DNA of 64,000 nucleotides, taken from positions 1,551,810 through 1,615,809 of the forward strand of contig OY970242.1 of NCBI GenBank assembly GCA_963715505.1, in the 5' to 3' direction. The translations under genes were made by a program, and so were the position numbers. Of this stretch, positions 18,111-27,983 are shown piece by piece. Origin of the DNA: an uncultured Microthrixaceae bacterium (GTDB taxonomy: Bacteria > Actinomycetota > Acidimicrobiia > Acidimicrobiales > VFJN01). The notes under the pieces were generated by a model. It saw only the letters and a program-made list of their open reading frames with translations. It searched no databases and was not told where the DNA came from. Position 1 is the first letter of the stretch. Every line of letters starts with the position of its first letter.

Positions 18111-19777
18111 CCACCACGACGACCCTCTTTGCGTTCTACGGCCGCGTGAGCACCGAGGATCAGCAGGACCCGACGAGCTCGAAGCAGTGGCAGCTGGCGC
18201 GGTCGACCTCGCTCATCGAGCCTCACGGCGGCGAGGTGGTCGCCGACTACTTCGACATCGGGCAGAGCCGGTCCCTGCCGTGGAAGCGCCGCCCCGAGTC
18301 GGCCCGCCTCCTCGAGGACCTCCGCGATCCCGCCCGCGGCTTCGATGCCGTGGTGATCGGCGAGCCGGCCCGTGCGTTCTACGGCGGTCAGTTCGGGCTC
18401 ACCTTCCCAGTGTTCACGCACTACGGCGTCGAGCTGTGGGTGCCCGAGGTGGGCGGGCGCATCGACCCGGGCAGCGACGCCCACGACCTCGTGATGTCGC
18501 TCTACGGCGGCATGAGCAAGGGCGAGCGCAACCGCATCAAAATCCGCGTGCGGTCCGCCATGGCCAGCCAGGCAGCGACCGAGGGCCGGTTCCTCGGTGG
18601 TCGCCCGCCCTACGGCTACCAGCTCGTCGACGACGGCCCGCACCCCAACCCCGGGAAGGCAGCCGCCGGGCAGCGCGCACACCGCCTCGAGCTCGACCCG
18701 ATCGCCGCACCGGTCGTCGAGCGGATCTTCGACGAGTACCTCGCTGGGCGTGGCCTCTTCGCGATCGCCGAGGGCCTCACCGCTGACGGCATCCCCTCCC
18801 CCAGCGCGCACGACCCGGCCAGGAACCGCCACCGGACGAGCTCTGGCGGGGCATGGGGCAAGTCGGCCGTGCGGGCCATCCTCGGGAACCCTCGCTACAC
18901 CGGCCGGCAGGTCTGGAACCGCCAGCGCCGCGACGAGGTCCTCATGGACGTCGAGGACGTCGCAGCGGGCCACGAGACGAAGCTGCGCTGGAACGACCGG
19001 AGCGACTGGATCTGGTCTACGGACCAGGCCCACGAGGCGATCATCGACCCGGAGATGTTCGCCCGGGCGGAGTCGATGCGCGCCGCGGGTGCTCACCGTC
19101 CGAACACGACGAAGCGCCCTCGCGCCAAGCGCACGTATCAGCTCTCGGGCCTCATCACGTGTGGGCTCTGCGGCCGGCGCATGCAGGGCACGTTCAACAA
19201 TGGGCGCGAGCACTACCGCTGCCAGTTCGCCACCGAGTACGCGCTGGCCAAGGGCATCGACCACCCTCGCACCGTGTACCTCCGCGAGGACCGGGTGACC
19301 GCCGCGCTCGACGCATGGATCGCTGAGGTGTTCGACGAGGACAACGCCGCGGCGACCTGCGACGCTATGGCGATGGCCCAGGCGCCCGACGAGGGAGCTG
19401 CCGCCCGGCAGGAGGCGGCATGCCGCAAGATCGCCGACTGCGACTCGCGGCTGGCGAAGTACCGGGCCGCCCTTGACGCCGGCGCTGACGCCCTCGTGGT
19501 GGCCGGCTGGATGCGTGAGGTCCAGGGCGAGCGTCTGGAGGCTGAGCGGGCTCTAGAGGGCGCTGCACCGGCCGAGGAGCCGCTCACCGTCGCCCAGGTG
19601 CGAGCGCTCCTGGCGGGCATCCAGGACGCCGTGGCGCTGCTCGGCCGGGCCGACCCGAAGATCAAGGCCCAGGTCTACGCCGAGCTCGGCGTCTCGCTCA
19701 CCTTCGACCCTCACCGGAAGGTGGTGAAGGTCAAGGCCCGGCCATGTAGTACAGAGCGTGTCGGAGGGGGGACTTGA
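18107..19777 (+). CDS. Large serine recombinase (integrase)
   Basis: FYGRVST catalytic motif, GGRPPYGY, ILGNPRYTG, HEAII, Zn ribbon LSGLITCGLCG..YRC, coiled coil. Confidence 0.93.
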   Translation: MTTTTTLFAFYGRVSTEDQQDPTSSKQWQLARSTSLIEPHGGEVVADYFDIGQSRSLPWKRRPESARLLEDLRDPARGFDAVVIGEPARAFYGGQFGLTFPVFTHYGVELWVPEVGGRIDPGSDAHDLVMSLYGGMSKGERNRIKIRVRSAMASQAATEGRFLGGRPPYGYQLVDDGPHPNPGKAAAGQRAHRLELDPIAAPVVERIFDEYLAGRGLFAIAEGLTADGIPSPSAHDPARNRHRTSSGGAWGKSAVRAILGNPRYTGRQVWNRQRRDEVLMDVEDVAAGHETKLRWNDRSDWIWSTDQAHEAIIDPEMFARAESMRAAGAHRPNTTKRPRAKRTYQLSGLITCGLCGRRMQGTFNNGREHYRCQFATEYALAKGIDHPRTVYLREDRVTAALDAWIAEVFDEDNAAATCDAMAMAQAPDEGAAARQEAACRKIADCDSRLAKYRAALDAGADALVVAGWMREVQGERLEAERALEGAAPAEEPLTVAQVRALLAGIQDAVALLGRADPKIKAQVYAELGVSLTFDPHRKVVKVKARPCSTERVGGGT

Positions 19778-19842
19778 ACCCCCACGTCCTTGCGGACACC
19801 AGCCCCTCAAGCTGGCGCGTCTGCCAATTCCGCCACTCCGAC
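19759..19842 (-). tRNA. tRNA-Leu(GAG)
   Basis: GTCGGAG/CTCCGAC acceptor stem, TGGCGGAATTGGCAGACGC D arm, CCAGC-TTGAGGG-GCTGG anticodon arm, long variable arm, GGTTCAAGTCC T arm; CCA not encoded. Confidence 0.95.
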
Positions 19843-19919
19843 GTGGCCTCCGGGTCGCCCCGGGGACTGGTCACGGTACACGGCGGCGCCGGAGACCGGC
19901 CAGCCAGCCACGGGGCGGC

Positions 19920-21548
19920 TCAGCGGCCGTCGACGACCCAGACCTGCGACCAGTCGACGGTGCCGTCGACGGCGTGCTCGAGGCGCTCGACCCGGTCGGC
20001 GACGACGACCTGGGTCCGGAACTGGGCGATCGGCACGACCACCGCGGCCCGCAGGACGGCGGCCTCCGCCTCGGCCCAGTAGCGCAGCGCGGCCGTCGCA
20101 TCGCCGGTGCCACGGGCAGTGCCCAGCAGCGCGTCCACGTCGGGCGAGGCGAAGCCCGTCAGGTTGTCGGCGGCCGATGAACCGAACAGCGGGGCCAGGT
20201 AGGCGTCGGGCGAGGCGTACACGCCGATCCACCCGAAGCTGAACAGCTCCTGGTTGCCCGACACCACGAAGCCCTTGTACTCCTCGATCGACAGCGGCCG
20301 CAGCTGAGCCGGGATGCCGACGGCTTCGAGGTCGGCCGCGACCATCTCGGCCATGTCCTCCTGGGCGGGCGACTCGTCGAAGTCGACGTTGACCGTCGGC
20401 ACGGCACCGTCGGGGAACGCCGCGGCGACCAGCGCCTCGGCGCGGGCGGGGTCGTGACCGCACTCGGCGCAGCGCTCGGCGTCGTGGCCGACGACGCCGG
20501 CCGGCACCACCGTCGCCAGCGGGTCGGCGAGGTCGTCGTAGACGGCCGCCACGATGGCGTCGCGGTCGATGGCGGCGGCGATCGCCTCCCGCAGCGGCTG
20601 GCCGGCCAGCTTCGGGTGCTCGACGTTCAACCCGAAGTAGAGCTCGGCGTGGAACGGCGCGAAGTGGTCGTCGCCGTGGCGCTCCACGGCCTCGCCGAAG
20701 CGCTCGGCCGGCACGGCGGCCCAGTCGAGATCACCGCCGTCGAACGCCTCGTAGGCCGCCAGGGCATCGTCGTAGCTGCGCAGCTGCAGCTCGTCGAGGT
20801 GCCCCTCACCTCGCCGCTCCAGCACCAGCTCATCAACGTCAGCGGTGGCGACCGACCAGGCGCCGCTCAGGGGCAGCTCGTCGAAGGCAGCGGCGGTGGC
20901 CGACGCCATGGCGCCGCGGTCGACCACGCCGAACACCGGGCTGGCGAGCAGCTCGGGCAGCACGGAGAGCGGCTCGTCGAGGGCGACGCGCACCGTGGCG
21001 CCGTCGGGCGCGCTCAGCCCGGCGAGGTGGTCGGCCTCGCCGTCGACGAAGGCGCGGAAGCCCTCGATGCCCTCCAGGCGCAGCGCGGCGAGCGAGGTGT
21101 CGCCGGCGGCGGCCACCCGCTCGAGCGATGCCACGACATCGGAGGCGGTGACCGTCCGCCCGTCGGTGAACGTCGCCTCGGGATCGAGCTGGAACTCCCA
21201 CGTCGTGCGCGCCGGGTCGGCCGTCCACGACCGCGCCAGCGCACCTCGGGCATCGCCCGAACCGTCGAGCTCGGTGAGGCCGTCGTGCAGCACGTCGAGC
21301 ACCATCAGCTGGCTCGGCGAGGCGAGCGACGCCTGCACCGGGTCGACCACCAGGGCACCGGCGACCCCGACGCGGACCCGCCCGCCGTCGACCGGTTCGC
21401 CCCCGGCGCTGCCCGACGACGGCGGCGCCGCAGGCTCGTCGTCGTCGTCGCTGCACGAAGCGAGGCCCACGAGCGACGCCGTCAGGAGGACGGCCGCCCC
21501 GCGGGTGAGCGCACCTCCCAGCCGACGGCGCCCCGCCCCGAGGGCCAT
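19920..21548 (-). CDS. ABC transporter substrate-binding lipoprotein, family 5
   Basis: Lipobox LASC, LHDGLT, F.DG..VTA.DV..SL, LREAIAAAIDR. Confidence 0.88.
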   Translation of the reverse strand: MALGAGRRRLGGALTRGAAVLLTASLVGLASCSDDDDEPAAPPSSGSAGGEPVDGGRVRVGVAGALVVDPVQASLASPSQLMVLDVLHDGLTELDGSGDARGALARSWTADPARTTWEFQLDPEATFTDGRTVTASDVVASLERVAAAGDTSLAALRLEGIEGFRAFVDGEADHLAGLSAPDGATVRVALDEPLSVLPELLASPVFGVVDRGAMASATAAAFDELPLSGAWSVATADVDELVLERRGEGHLDELQLRSYDDALAAYEAFDGGDLDWAAVPAERFGEAVERHGDDHFAPFHAELYFGLNVEHPKLAGQPLREAIAAAIDRDAIVAAVYDDLADPLATVVPAGVVGHDAERCAECGHDPARAEALVAAAFPDGAVPTVNVDFDESPAQEDMAEMVAADLEAVGIPAQLRPLSIEEYKGFVVSGNQELFSFGWIGVYASPDAYLAPLFGSSAADNLTGFASPDVDALLGTARGTGDATAALRYWAEAEAAVLRAAVVVPIAQFRTQVVVADRVERLEHAVDGTVDWSQVWVVDGR

Positions 21549-21552
21549 CGGA

Positions 21553-21783
21553 TCAGTCGAGGAGGAACGCCAGGCCGGTGGTGGTGAACACGAACGTGAC
21601 CGCCACGACGACGGTGATCCGGTCGAGGTTCCGCTCGGCTGCCGCCGACCCCAGTGCCGTGGCGCCGGCGCCGCCGCCGAACATGTCGGAGAGGCCGCCG
21701 CCCTTGCCGCTGTGGAGCAGCACGAGGCCGATGAGGATCAGCGCGACGACGATGTGGATGGTGAGGACGATTCCGGTGAGCAC
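21553..21783 (-). CDS. secG: Preprotein translocase subunit SecG
   Basis: LVLLHSGKGGGLSDMFGGG...AERNLDRIT. Confidence 0.95.
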   Translation of the reverse strand: MLTGIVLTIHIVVALILIGLVLLHSGKGGGLSDMFGGGAGATALGSAAAERNLDRITVVVAVTFVFTTTGLAFLLD

Positions 21784-21813
21784 GATCTCTCCTGGCGGGG
21801 CCGACCGACGAGG

Positions 21814-22890
21814 CTACTCGTTGGGTGCGGACACCACGACCTCGCGGACCCTCGCGAAGTGGCAGGCCGCTGGGTGTCCGACGTCGCGCGGCTCGAGCGC
21901 GGGATCCTGCTCGGCGCAGATCGAGGTGTCGGTGCCCTTCGCCTCGAGCTCCTGCTTCCACCAGCAGCGCGTGCGGAAGCGGCAGCCCGAGGGCGGGTCG
22001 GCCGGCGAGGGCACGTCGCCCTGCAGGATGATCCGCTCGCGGGCGTGCTCCGCCCGCGGGTCGGGCAGGGGAACCGCCGAGAGCAGCGCCTGCGTGTAGG
22101 GGTGCGCCGGCTGCCCGTAGATCTCGTCGCGGGTGCCCTCCTCCACGATCTTGCCCAGGTACATGACGGCGACGCGGTCGGAGATGTGCCGCACCACGGA
22201 GAGGTCGTGGGCGATGAAGAGGTACGCCAGGCCGAGCTGGTCCTGCAGCAGCTCGAGCAGGTTCATCACGCCGGCCTGGATCGACACGTCGAGCGCCGAC
22301 ACCGGCTCGTCGAGCACGATGAGCTCGGGTTCGAGGGCCAGTGCCCGGGCGATCCCGACCCGCTGGCGCTGGCCGCCGGAGAACTCGTGGGGGAAGCGGT
22401 TGGCGTGCTCGGGCGACAGGCCGACGATGGTGAGCAGCTCGCGCACCCGCTCGGCCACGCGGTCGTCCTTCCAACCGAAGTGGACCTTCAGCGGCTCGGA
22501 GAGCGTCGTGCCGATCGTCATGCGGGGGTTCAGCGAGGCGTACGGGTCCTGGAAGACGATCTGGAAGCGGCGTCGGGCCTGGGCGAGGCGCCGGCCCTTC
22601 ATCCGGGTGAGCGACTCGCCCTCCATCAGCACCTCGCCCGAGGTGGGCTTGATGAGGTCGAGCAGGAGGCGGCCGGTGGTGGACTTGCCGCAGCCCGACT
22701 CGCCCACCAGCCCGAGGGTCTCCCCCCGCCGGACCTCGAGCGACACGCCGGCGACGGCCGACACGCGGCCCACGGCCCGGCCGAGCACACCCCCGCGGAT
22801 CGGGAAGTCCTTGACCAGGCCGGTGGCGCGCAGCAGCGGCGCGTCGAACCCGACGGCGCTCGTCGCCGGTGCGTCGGTCAGGCCGGTCAC
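21814..22890 (-). CDS. Oligopeptide/dipeptide ABC transporter ATP-binding protein (OppF-like)
   Basis: [29 protein letters not shown] and GCRF motifs; GTG start overlapping upstream stop. Confidence 0.92.
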   Translation of the reverse strand: MTGLTDAPATSAVGFDAPLLRATGLVKDFPIRGGVLGRAVGRVSAVAGVSLEVRRGETLGLVGESGCGKSTTGRLLLDLIKPTSGEVLMEGESLTRMKGRRLAQARRRFQIVFQDPYASLNPRMTIGTTLSEPLKVHFGWKDDRVAERVRELLTIVGLSPEHANRFPHEFSGGQRQRVGIARALALEPELIVLDEPVSALDVSIQAGVMNLLELLQDQLGLAYLFIAHDLSVVRHISDRVAVMYLGKIVEEGTRDEIYGQPAHPYTQALLSAVPLPDPRAEHARERIILQGDVPSPADPPSGCRFRTRCWWKQELEAKGTDTSICAEQDPALEPRDVGHPAACHFARVREVVVSAPNE

Positions 22891-23969
22891 GTCTCGCCTG
22901 CCGTCTCGATGCCGAGCAGGTCGGCCCGGTCGACCTTGGCCCGCAGGGTCTCGATGGTGACGCCTTCGAGCGTCTCCGCGTAGTGGCACGCCGAGCAGTG
23001 CGCGTCGCCGGCGACGAGGCGCAGCTCGGGGACCTCGCTGTCGCAGAGGCCGGGAAGGCGGGCGAAGCGGCAGCGCGGGTGGAAGGCGCAGCCGCTGGGG
23101 CGGCGGATCAGCGACGGGGGCGAGCCGGCGATCGGCACCAGCGGCTCGTCGCCGACGTCGTTGAGGCGGGGAAGGCTGGCCAGCAGGCCGAGCGTGTAGG
23201 GGTGGCGCGACTCGTAGAAGATCTCCTCGGTGCTGCCCGTCTCCACCTGGCGGCCCGCGTACATGACCATCACCGAGTCGGCGAGGCCCGCCACCACGCC
23301 GAGGTCGTGGGTGATCAGCACGATGGCCGAGTCGATCTCGTCCTTGATGTCGACGAGCACCTCGAGCACCTGCGCCTGGACCGTCACGTCGAGCGCCGTC
23401 GTGGGCTCGTCGGCGATGAGCAGGTCGGGCTTGCAGGAGATCGCCATGGCGATCATCGCCCGCTGGCGCATGCCGCCCGAGAACTCGTGCGGGTACATGT
23501 CGACGCGCTTGTGGGCCTGCGGGATCCCGACCAGGTCGAGCATCTGTGCGGCGCGGGCCAGGGCCTGCTTCTTGTTGAGGCCCTCGTGGACCCGTGCCAT
23601 CTCGCCGATCTGACGCCCCACGGTGTGCACCGGGTTCAGCGCGGTGAGCGGGTCCTGGAAGATCATGGCGATCTCCCCGCCCCGGATCTGACGGCGCGCC
23701 TCCTCGGGCAGCGAGAGCAGGTCGCGCCCCTTCCAGAGGATCTCCCCCGAGTGGACCTTGACGTCGGGGAGCAGGCCCATGATGGTCATGGCGCTCACCG
23801 ACTTGCCGGAGCCCGACTCGCCGACGATCGAGAAGATCTCGCCTCGGCGGACGTCGTAGCTGATGCCGTCGACCGCCTTCACGATCCCGTCGTCGGTGTG
23901 GAAGTAGGCGCGCAGGTCGCGGACCGACAGGAGCGTCTCGTTCGAGGTGCTGGGCATGGGGGTGGTCAC
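22887..23969 (-). CDS. Oligopeptide/dipeptide ABC transporter ATP-binding protein (OppD-like)
   Basis: [24 protein letters not shown]. Confidence 0.93.
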   Translation of the reverse strand: MTTPMPSTSNETLLSVRDLRAYFHTDDGIVKAVDGISYDVRRGEIFSIVGESGSGKSVSAMTIMGLLPDVKVHSGEILWKGRDLLSLPEEARRQIRGGEIAMIFQDPLTALNPVHTVGRQIGEMARVHEGLNKKQALARAAQMLDLVGIPQAHKRVDMYPHEFSGGMRQRAMIAMAISCKPDLLIADEPTTALDVTVQAQVLEVLVDIKDEIDSAIVLITHDLGVVAGLADSVMVMYAGRQVETGSTEEIFYESRHPYTLGLLASLPRLNDVGDEPLVPIAGSPPSLIRRPSGCAFHPRCRFARLPGLCDSEVPELRLVAGDAHCSACHYAETLEGVTIETLRAKVDRADLLGIETAGET

Positions 23970-24897
23970 TTGAGCTTGGGGTCGAGGGCGTCGCGCAGCC
24001 CGTCACCGACGAACACGAACGACAGCACCGTGATGAAGATGGCGACGCCCGGGAAGAACAGCAGGTGCGGTGCCGCGGAGATCTGGCCGCTCCCCTCGGC
24101 GACCATCAGCCCCCAGGCCGGCGTGGGGAACTGCGGTCCCACGCCCAGGAACGACAGCGCGGCCTCGGAGAGGATGACGGTGCCGATGAGGATGGTGCCG
24201 TACACGATGATCGGCTGCAGCGCGTTGGGCAGGATGTGGCGGAACATGATGCGCCGGCGGGAGTACCCGAGGGCGTGCGCGGCCTCGACGTACTCGAGCT
24301 CCTTGAGCGACAGGAAGCTGGCGCGCACGATCCGGCAGATCCCGAGCCAGCCCGTGAACCCGAGCACGAAGATGATCGAGTTCTCGCTGCGCCCGAAGAC
24401 CGTCGCGACGGCGATGGCGAGGACGATGTACGGGATGGCGAGGAAGATGTCGGTGAGGCGCATGATGAGCGTCTCGATCACCCCGCCGAAGAAGCCGGCC
24501 ACGGCGCCGATCGTGAGGCCGATGACGAGGGCCAGCGAGGTGGCCGCGAAGCCGATCTTGAGCGAGACGCGCGCCCGTAGACGACGCGGGAGAACAGGTC
24601 GAACCCGGCGACGTCGGTGCCGAACCTGTGGGTGCCGAACAGGTCCGGTGGCAACCGTGAGGCACCGGGGGTGCGCTGGTCGTAGTCGAACGGGGCGATC
24701 AGCGGCGCGAAGACCGCCACGAGGACCAAGAAGGCGATCACGAACAGGCCCAGCATGGCGAGCTTGTTGCGGCGGAAGCGCCGCCACACGTCGACGCGCA
24801 GGGGCCGCGCCTCGCCGAGATCGTCCTCGTGGAGCGTCGGGGCGGCCGCGACCGCCTCGAGCTCGGTCTGCTCACCGCTTCCCGGCATGATCGTCAC
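23966..24897 (-). pseudogene. ABC permease (OppC-like) with a single-base frameshift near 24575 (possibly a sequencing error)
   Basis: N-half WRRFRRNKLA...GTD..G.DLFSRVVYG and C-half ARVSL...EYVEAA..LG..RHILPN...DGLRDALDP lie in different frames. Confidence 0.85.
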
Positions 24898-25904
24898 TTC
24901 GACCTGCCTCCACCGAGACGGATCCGCGGATCGAAGAACGCATAGGACAGGTCGACGAGCAGGTTGACGACGGCGTAGACGAGCACCACGGCCAACGTCA
25001 GGCCGAGCACGACCGGCAGGTCGCGAGTCTGCACCGACCGGGCGATCTCCGATCCCAGGCCCGGCCACGAGAACGTCGTCTCGGTCAGGACCGCCACACC
25101 GATGACCGTGCCGAGATCGATGCCGATCAGCGTGATGACCGGCAGCATGGCGTTGCGGAGCCCGTGGCGCAGCACGATCTGGCGCTCACGCAGGCCCTTG
25201 GCGCGAGCGGTGCGCATGTAGTCGGCCCGCATCACCTCGAGCATCGACCCGCGGGTCATCCGTGCCGTCAGCGCCGTGGAGACGCTCGCCAGGGCGATGG
25301 CCGGCAGGATCAGGTAGCGCAGCTGCTCGACGCTGCCGGGGATGAAGAAGAGGTCCCACTCGTCGGGGCCCATGCGCGACGTGCGCAATCGCATCCACTC
25401 GGGCCAGTCGTGCTTGTTCGGGTAGACCGCGAAGACGTACTGCAGCAGGAAGCCGAGCACGAAGACGGGGATTGCCGACGCGCCCGCCGTGACCACCGTC
25501 GTGAGCTTGTCGCCGATGGAGTACCGCTTGAGGGCGGAGTACATGCCCACCGAGATCCCGATGATGATCTCGATGATGATCGCCCAGATCCCGAGGCGCA
25601 GGCTGTTGACCGCCTTCTCGCCGAGCAGTTCGTTGACCGAGCGGCCGCTGAGGTAGGAGTCGCCGAGGTCCCACTGGATGGTGCGCTCCCAGTAGCTCCC
25701 GAACTGCACGTACAGCGGGTCGTCGAGGCCGTAGCGCTCGTTGGCCCGGTCGATCACCTCTTGGGGGACGTTGCGCTCGGTGCCGCCCACGATGATGTTG
25801 GTGATGTCGCCGGGCAGCGCGAAGAGCAGGAAGAACAGGAACGACAGCGCGAAGAACACGGTCGGGATGATCAAGAGGATGCGGCGGATGGTGTAGCTGA
25901 TCAT
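24894..25904 (-). CDS. ABC permease (OppB-like)
   Basis: YGLDDPL, DLGDS, DYMRTARAKGL, NLLVDLSYAFFDPRIR. Confidence 0.93.
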   Translation of the reverse strand: MISYTIRRILLIIPTVFFALSFLFFLLFALPGDITNIIVGGTERNVPQEVIDRANERYGLDDPLYVQFGSYWERTIQWDLGDSYLSGRSVNELLGEKAVNSLRLGIWAIIIEIIIGISVGMYSALKRYSIGDKLTTVVTAGASAIPVFVLGFLLQYVFAVYPNKHDWPEWMRLRTSRMGPDEWDLFFIPGSVEQLRYLILPAIALASVSTALTARMTRGSMLEVMRADYMRTARAKGLRERQIVLRHGLRNAMLPVITLIGIDLGTVIGVAVLTETTFSWPGLGSEIARSVQTRDLPVVLGLTLAVVLVYAVVNLLVDLSYAFFDPRIRLGGGRSK

Positions 25905-25935
25905 CGGGGCAGCTCCGGTGAACGTGGCAGTGAAG

Positions 25936-25972
25936 GAGATGGGCGGGGGTGCTGTGCACCCCCGCCCATCTC
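25936..25972 (-). terminator. 17-bp perfect stem-loop between SBP and permease genes
   Basis: GAGATGGGCGGGGGTGC-TGT-GCACCCCCGCCCATCTC. Confidence 0.7.
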
Positions 25973-25995
25973 TCAGCTCGTTGTGGGGGTGGCGA

Positions 25996-27678
25996 CTACT
26001 CCGCCAGCCTCACGCGCTCCCACTTGATGATGCCGAACTCCTGCGGGAAGCTCACGACCCGCTCGGGGTCGTACACGTAGTCACCGCGGTACCAGTTGAT
26101 CGGCACCGCCATGGTGGCCTCGTTCAGCAGGATGCGCTCGGCGTCGTTGAACATCTCGGCCTGCTCGTCGGCGTCGACGGTGCGCTTGGCTTCGTCGACG
26201 AGGGCGTCGAACTCCGGGTTGGAGAAGCCGTAGTTGTTGCCGTCGAGGGCGTCGGAGTGGAACAGGTCGTACATGAAGTTGTCGTACGTCGGGTAGTCGG
26301 CGATCCAGCCCGAGCGGCAGAAGACGCAGGCGCCGTCAGCCAGGTCGCTGAAGTAGGTCTCGCCGACCATCGGCTGCGCCACGGCATCGATCCCGACGGC
26401 GTTGAGGTTGTCGACCATGATCGCGATGACCGGCTCGTGGCCGGCGTCCGCGTTGGTCTGGACCGGGATCGGCTCCGACAGGCTGTTGCCGGCGTCGAGC
26501 CACTCCTGGAACTTCGCCTCGGCGCCTTCGGGGTCGTACGAGCAGTACTCGCAGATGCCCTCGACCCAGCCGGGGATGCCCTCGGGGACGACACCGGTGG
26601 AGCTGGTGCGGGTGCCGTTGTAGACGGCGTCGTTGATCTCCTCACGGTCGATCGCCATCGAGATGGCCTGGCGCAGCGCGAGGTTCTCCTCGCCGCCGAC
26701 CAGCGGGTGGCGATCGTTGAAGACCCAGTGGTACGAGCCGAGGAAGAGCGTGTCGAGCGTGGTCGCGTACTCGGCCTGGGCCTGCTCGGCCAGCGCCGGC
26801 GGGATGTTGGCGTTGTGCGCCTCGCCCGCCTCGAAGGCGTTGTAGGCGGTGTCCGGGTCGGCGCTCACCTGGAACACGATGCGGTCGAGGCGCTCGTCGA
26901 AGGTCTCGCCGTTGGCGGTGCCCGACCAGTTCTCGTTCTTGACGAGCACGGTCTCGGTCGAGGTGCGCGGCGCCTCCATGGCGTAGGGGCCGTTGCCGAT
27001 CATGATGCCGTTCTCCCAGGCCGTGTGGTCCTCGGCCTCGATGGCCTCGGTGGGCATGGGCATGAACAGCTGGAAGCCGGCGACGGCGTGGAAGTTGGCA
27101 TAGGGCTCGGAGAGCGTGACGGTGAGGGTCATCGCCTCGTCGTCGGCCACCACGCCCGAGATGCCGTCCGCGGTGCCGATCGCCTCGGCGCCACCTTCGA
27201 TGAAGTTGAAGAGGTAGCTGTAGTCGCCGGCCATCTCGGCGGCACGGTCCCAACCGTTCTTGAACGAGCTGGGCAGCACGGGCTCGCCGGTGGAGAACTC
27301 CACACCCTCACGGATCTGGAAGGTCCACGTGACGGCGTCCTCACTGGTCTCCCAGGACTCGGCCACGTCGGGGACGATCTCGGGATCGCCGCTCTCGAGG
27401 GAGATGTCGGTGAGGCCGTCGTAGAGCGCCGTGATGATCTGGAAGGCGTCCAGCGTGGTGTTCAGCGCCGGGTCGATGTGCTCGAGCGGGTCACCGACGA
27501 TGGTGCCGGCGTCGATGAACTCGCCCCCGGCCACCCCTTCACCCTCTGCGGGCTCCTCGGTGTCGCCGTCGGTGCCCTCGGGCGTGGCGTCGTCGTCGTC
27601 GTCACCGCAGGCAGACGCGATCAGCGACAACCCGAGGAAGAGAGCAAGGAGCTTGATGCCCCTGCGCTTGAGTCTCAC
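25996..27678 (-). CDS. Peptide ABC transporter substrate-binding lipoprotein (OppA-like)
   Basis: Lipobox ASAC, LYDGL, IGNGPY, LRQAISMAIDR, GWIADYP. Confidence 0.92.
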   Translation of the reverse strand: MRLKRRGIKLLALFLGLSLIASACGDDDDDATPEGTDGDTEEPAEGEGVAGGEFIDAGTIVGDPLEHIDPALNTTLDAFQIITALYDGLTDISLESGDPEIVPDVAESWETSEDAVTWTFQIREGVEFSTGEPVLPSSFKNGWDRAAEMAGDYSYLFNFIEGGAEAIGTADGISGVVADDEAMTLTVTLSEPYANFHAVAGFQLFMPMPTEAIEAEDHTAWENGIMIGNGPYAMEAPRTSTETVLVKNENWSGTANGETFDERLDRIVFQVSADPDTAYNAFEAGEAHNANIPPALAEQAQAEYATTLDTLFLGSYHWVFNDRHPLVGGEENLALRQAISMAIDREEINDAVYNGTRTSSTGVVPEGIPGWVEGICEYCSYDPEGAEAKFQEWLDAGNSLSEPIPVQTNADAGHEPVIAIMVDNLNAVGIDAVAQPMVGETYFSDLADGACVFCRSGWIADYPTYDNFMYDLFHSDALDGNNYGFSNPEFDALVDEAKRTVDADEQAEMFNDAERILLNEATMAVPINWYRGDYVYDPERVVSFPQEFGIIKWERVRLAE

Positions 27679-27983
27679 GTGGTGGACCTCCTATGGCGTG
27701 ATCAGGACACCAGCGGCGAAGTCACCGGATCGCTCCGGGTCGGGCTCCCCCACATGGCTGTGCCGCCGACGTGCCGGACGTGACGCCGGTGCGTGGTGGA
27801 CGGCCCGACGATATCAGCACGGTGCGAGCGCGTTGGTGCATGGTAGGCGTAGGTGACCACGAAAAGCCGGTCAGCCTGCACAGAACCCACATGCATGCCA
27901 ACGATCGGCCCGAAGATCGCCTGCCCAAGCCGTGCATCTCTGGACAGATCGCTCAGTGCCCGGCCACGACACCGGCGGATCGC

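Larger units (their letters stand above)
1..19777. mobile_element. Integrated phage-satellite/prophage-like element (right arm; left end outside window) at tRNA-Leu(GAG)
   Basis: Serine integrase abutting the tRNA 3' end, followed by regulators, helicase, terminase, WhiB and tape measure genes; housekeeping genes begin right after the tRNA. Confidence 0.85.

Noticed and set aside
1-19758. attL copy of the tRNA 3' end
   Set aside because: Not seen by eye within the window; presumably lies further left
25936-25972. Hairpin as a novel ncRNA
   Set aside because: Stem-loops after SBP genes in ABC operons are ordinary stabiliser or attenuator elements
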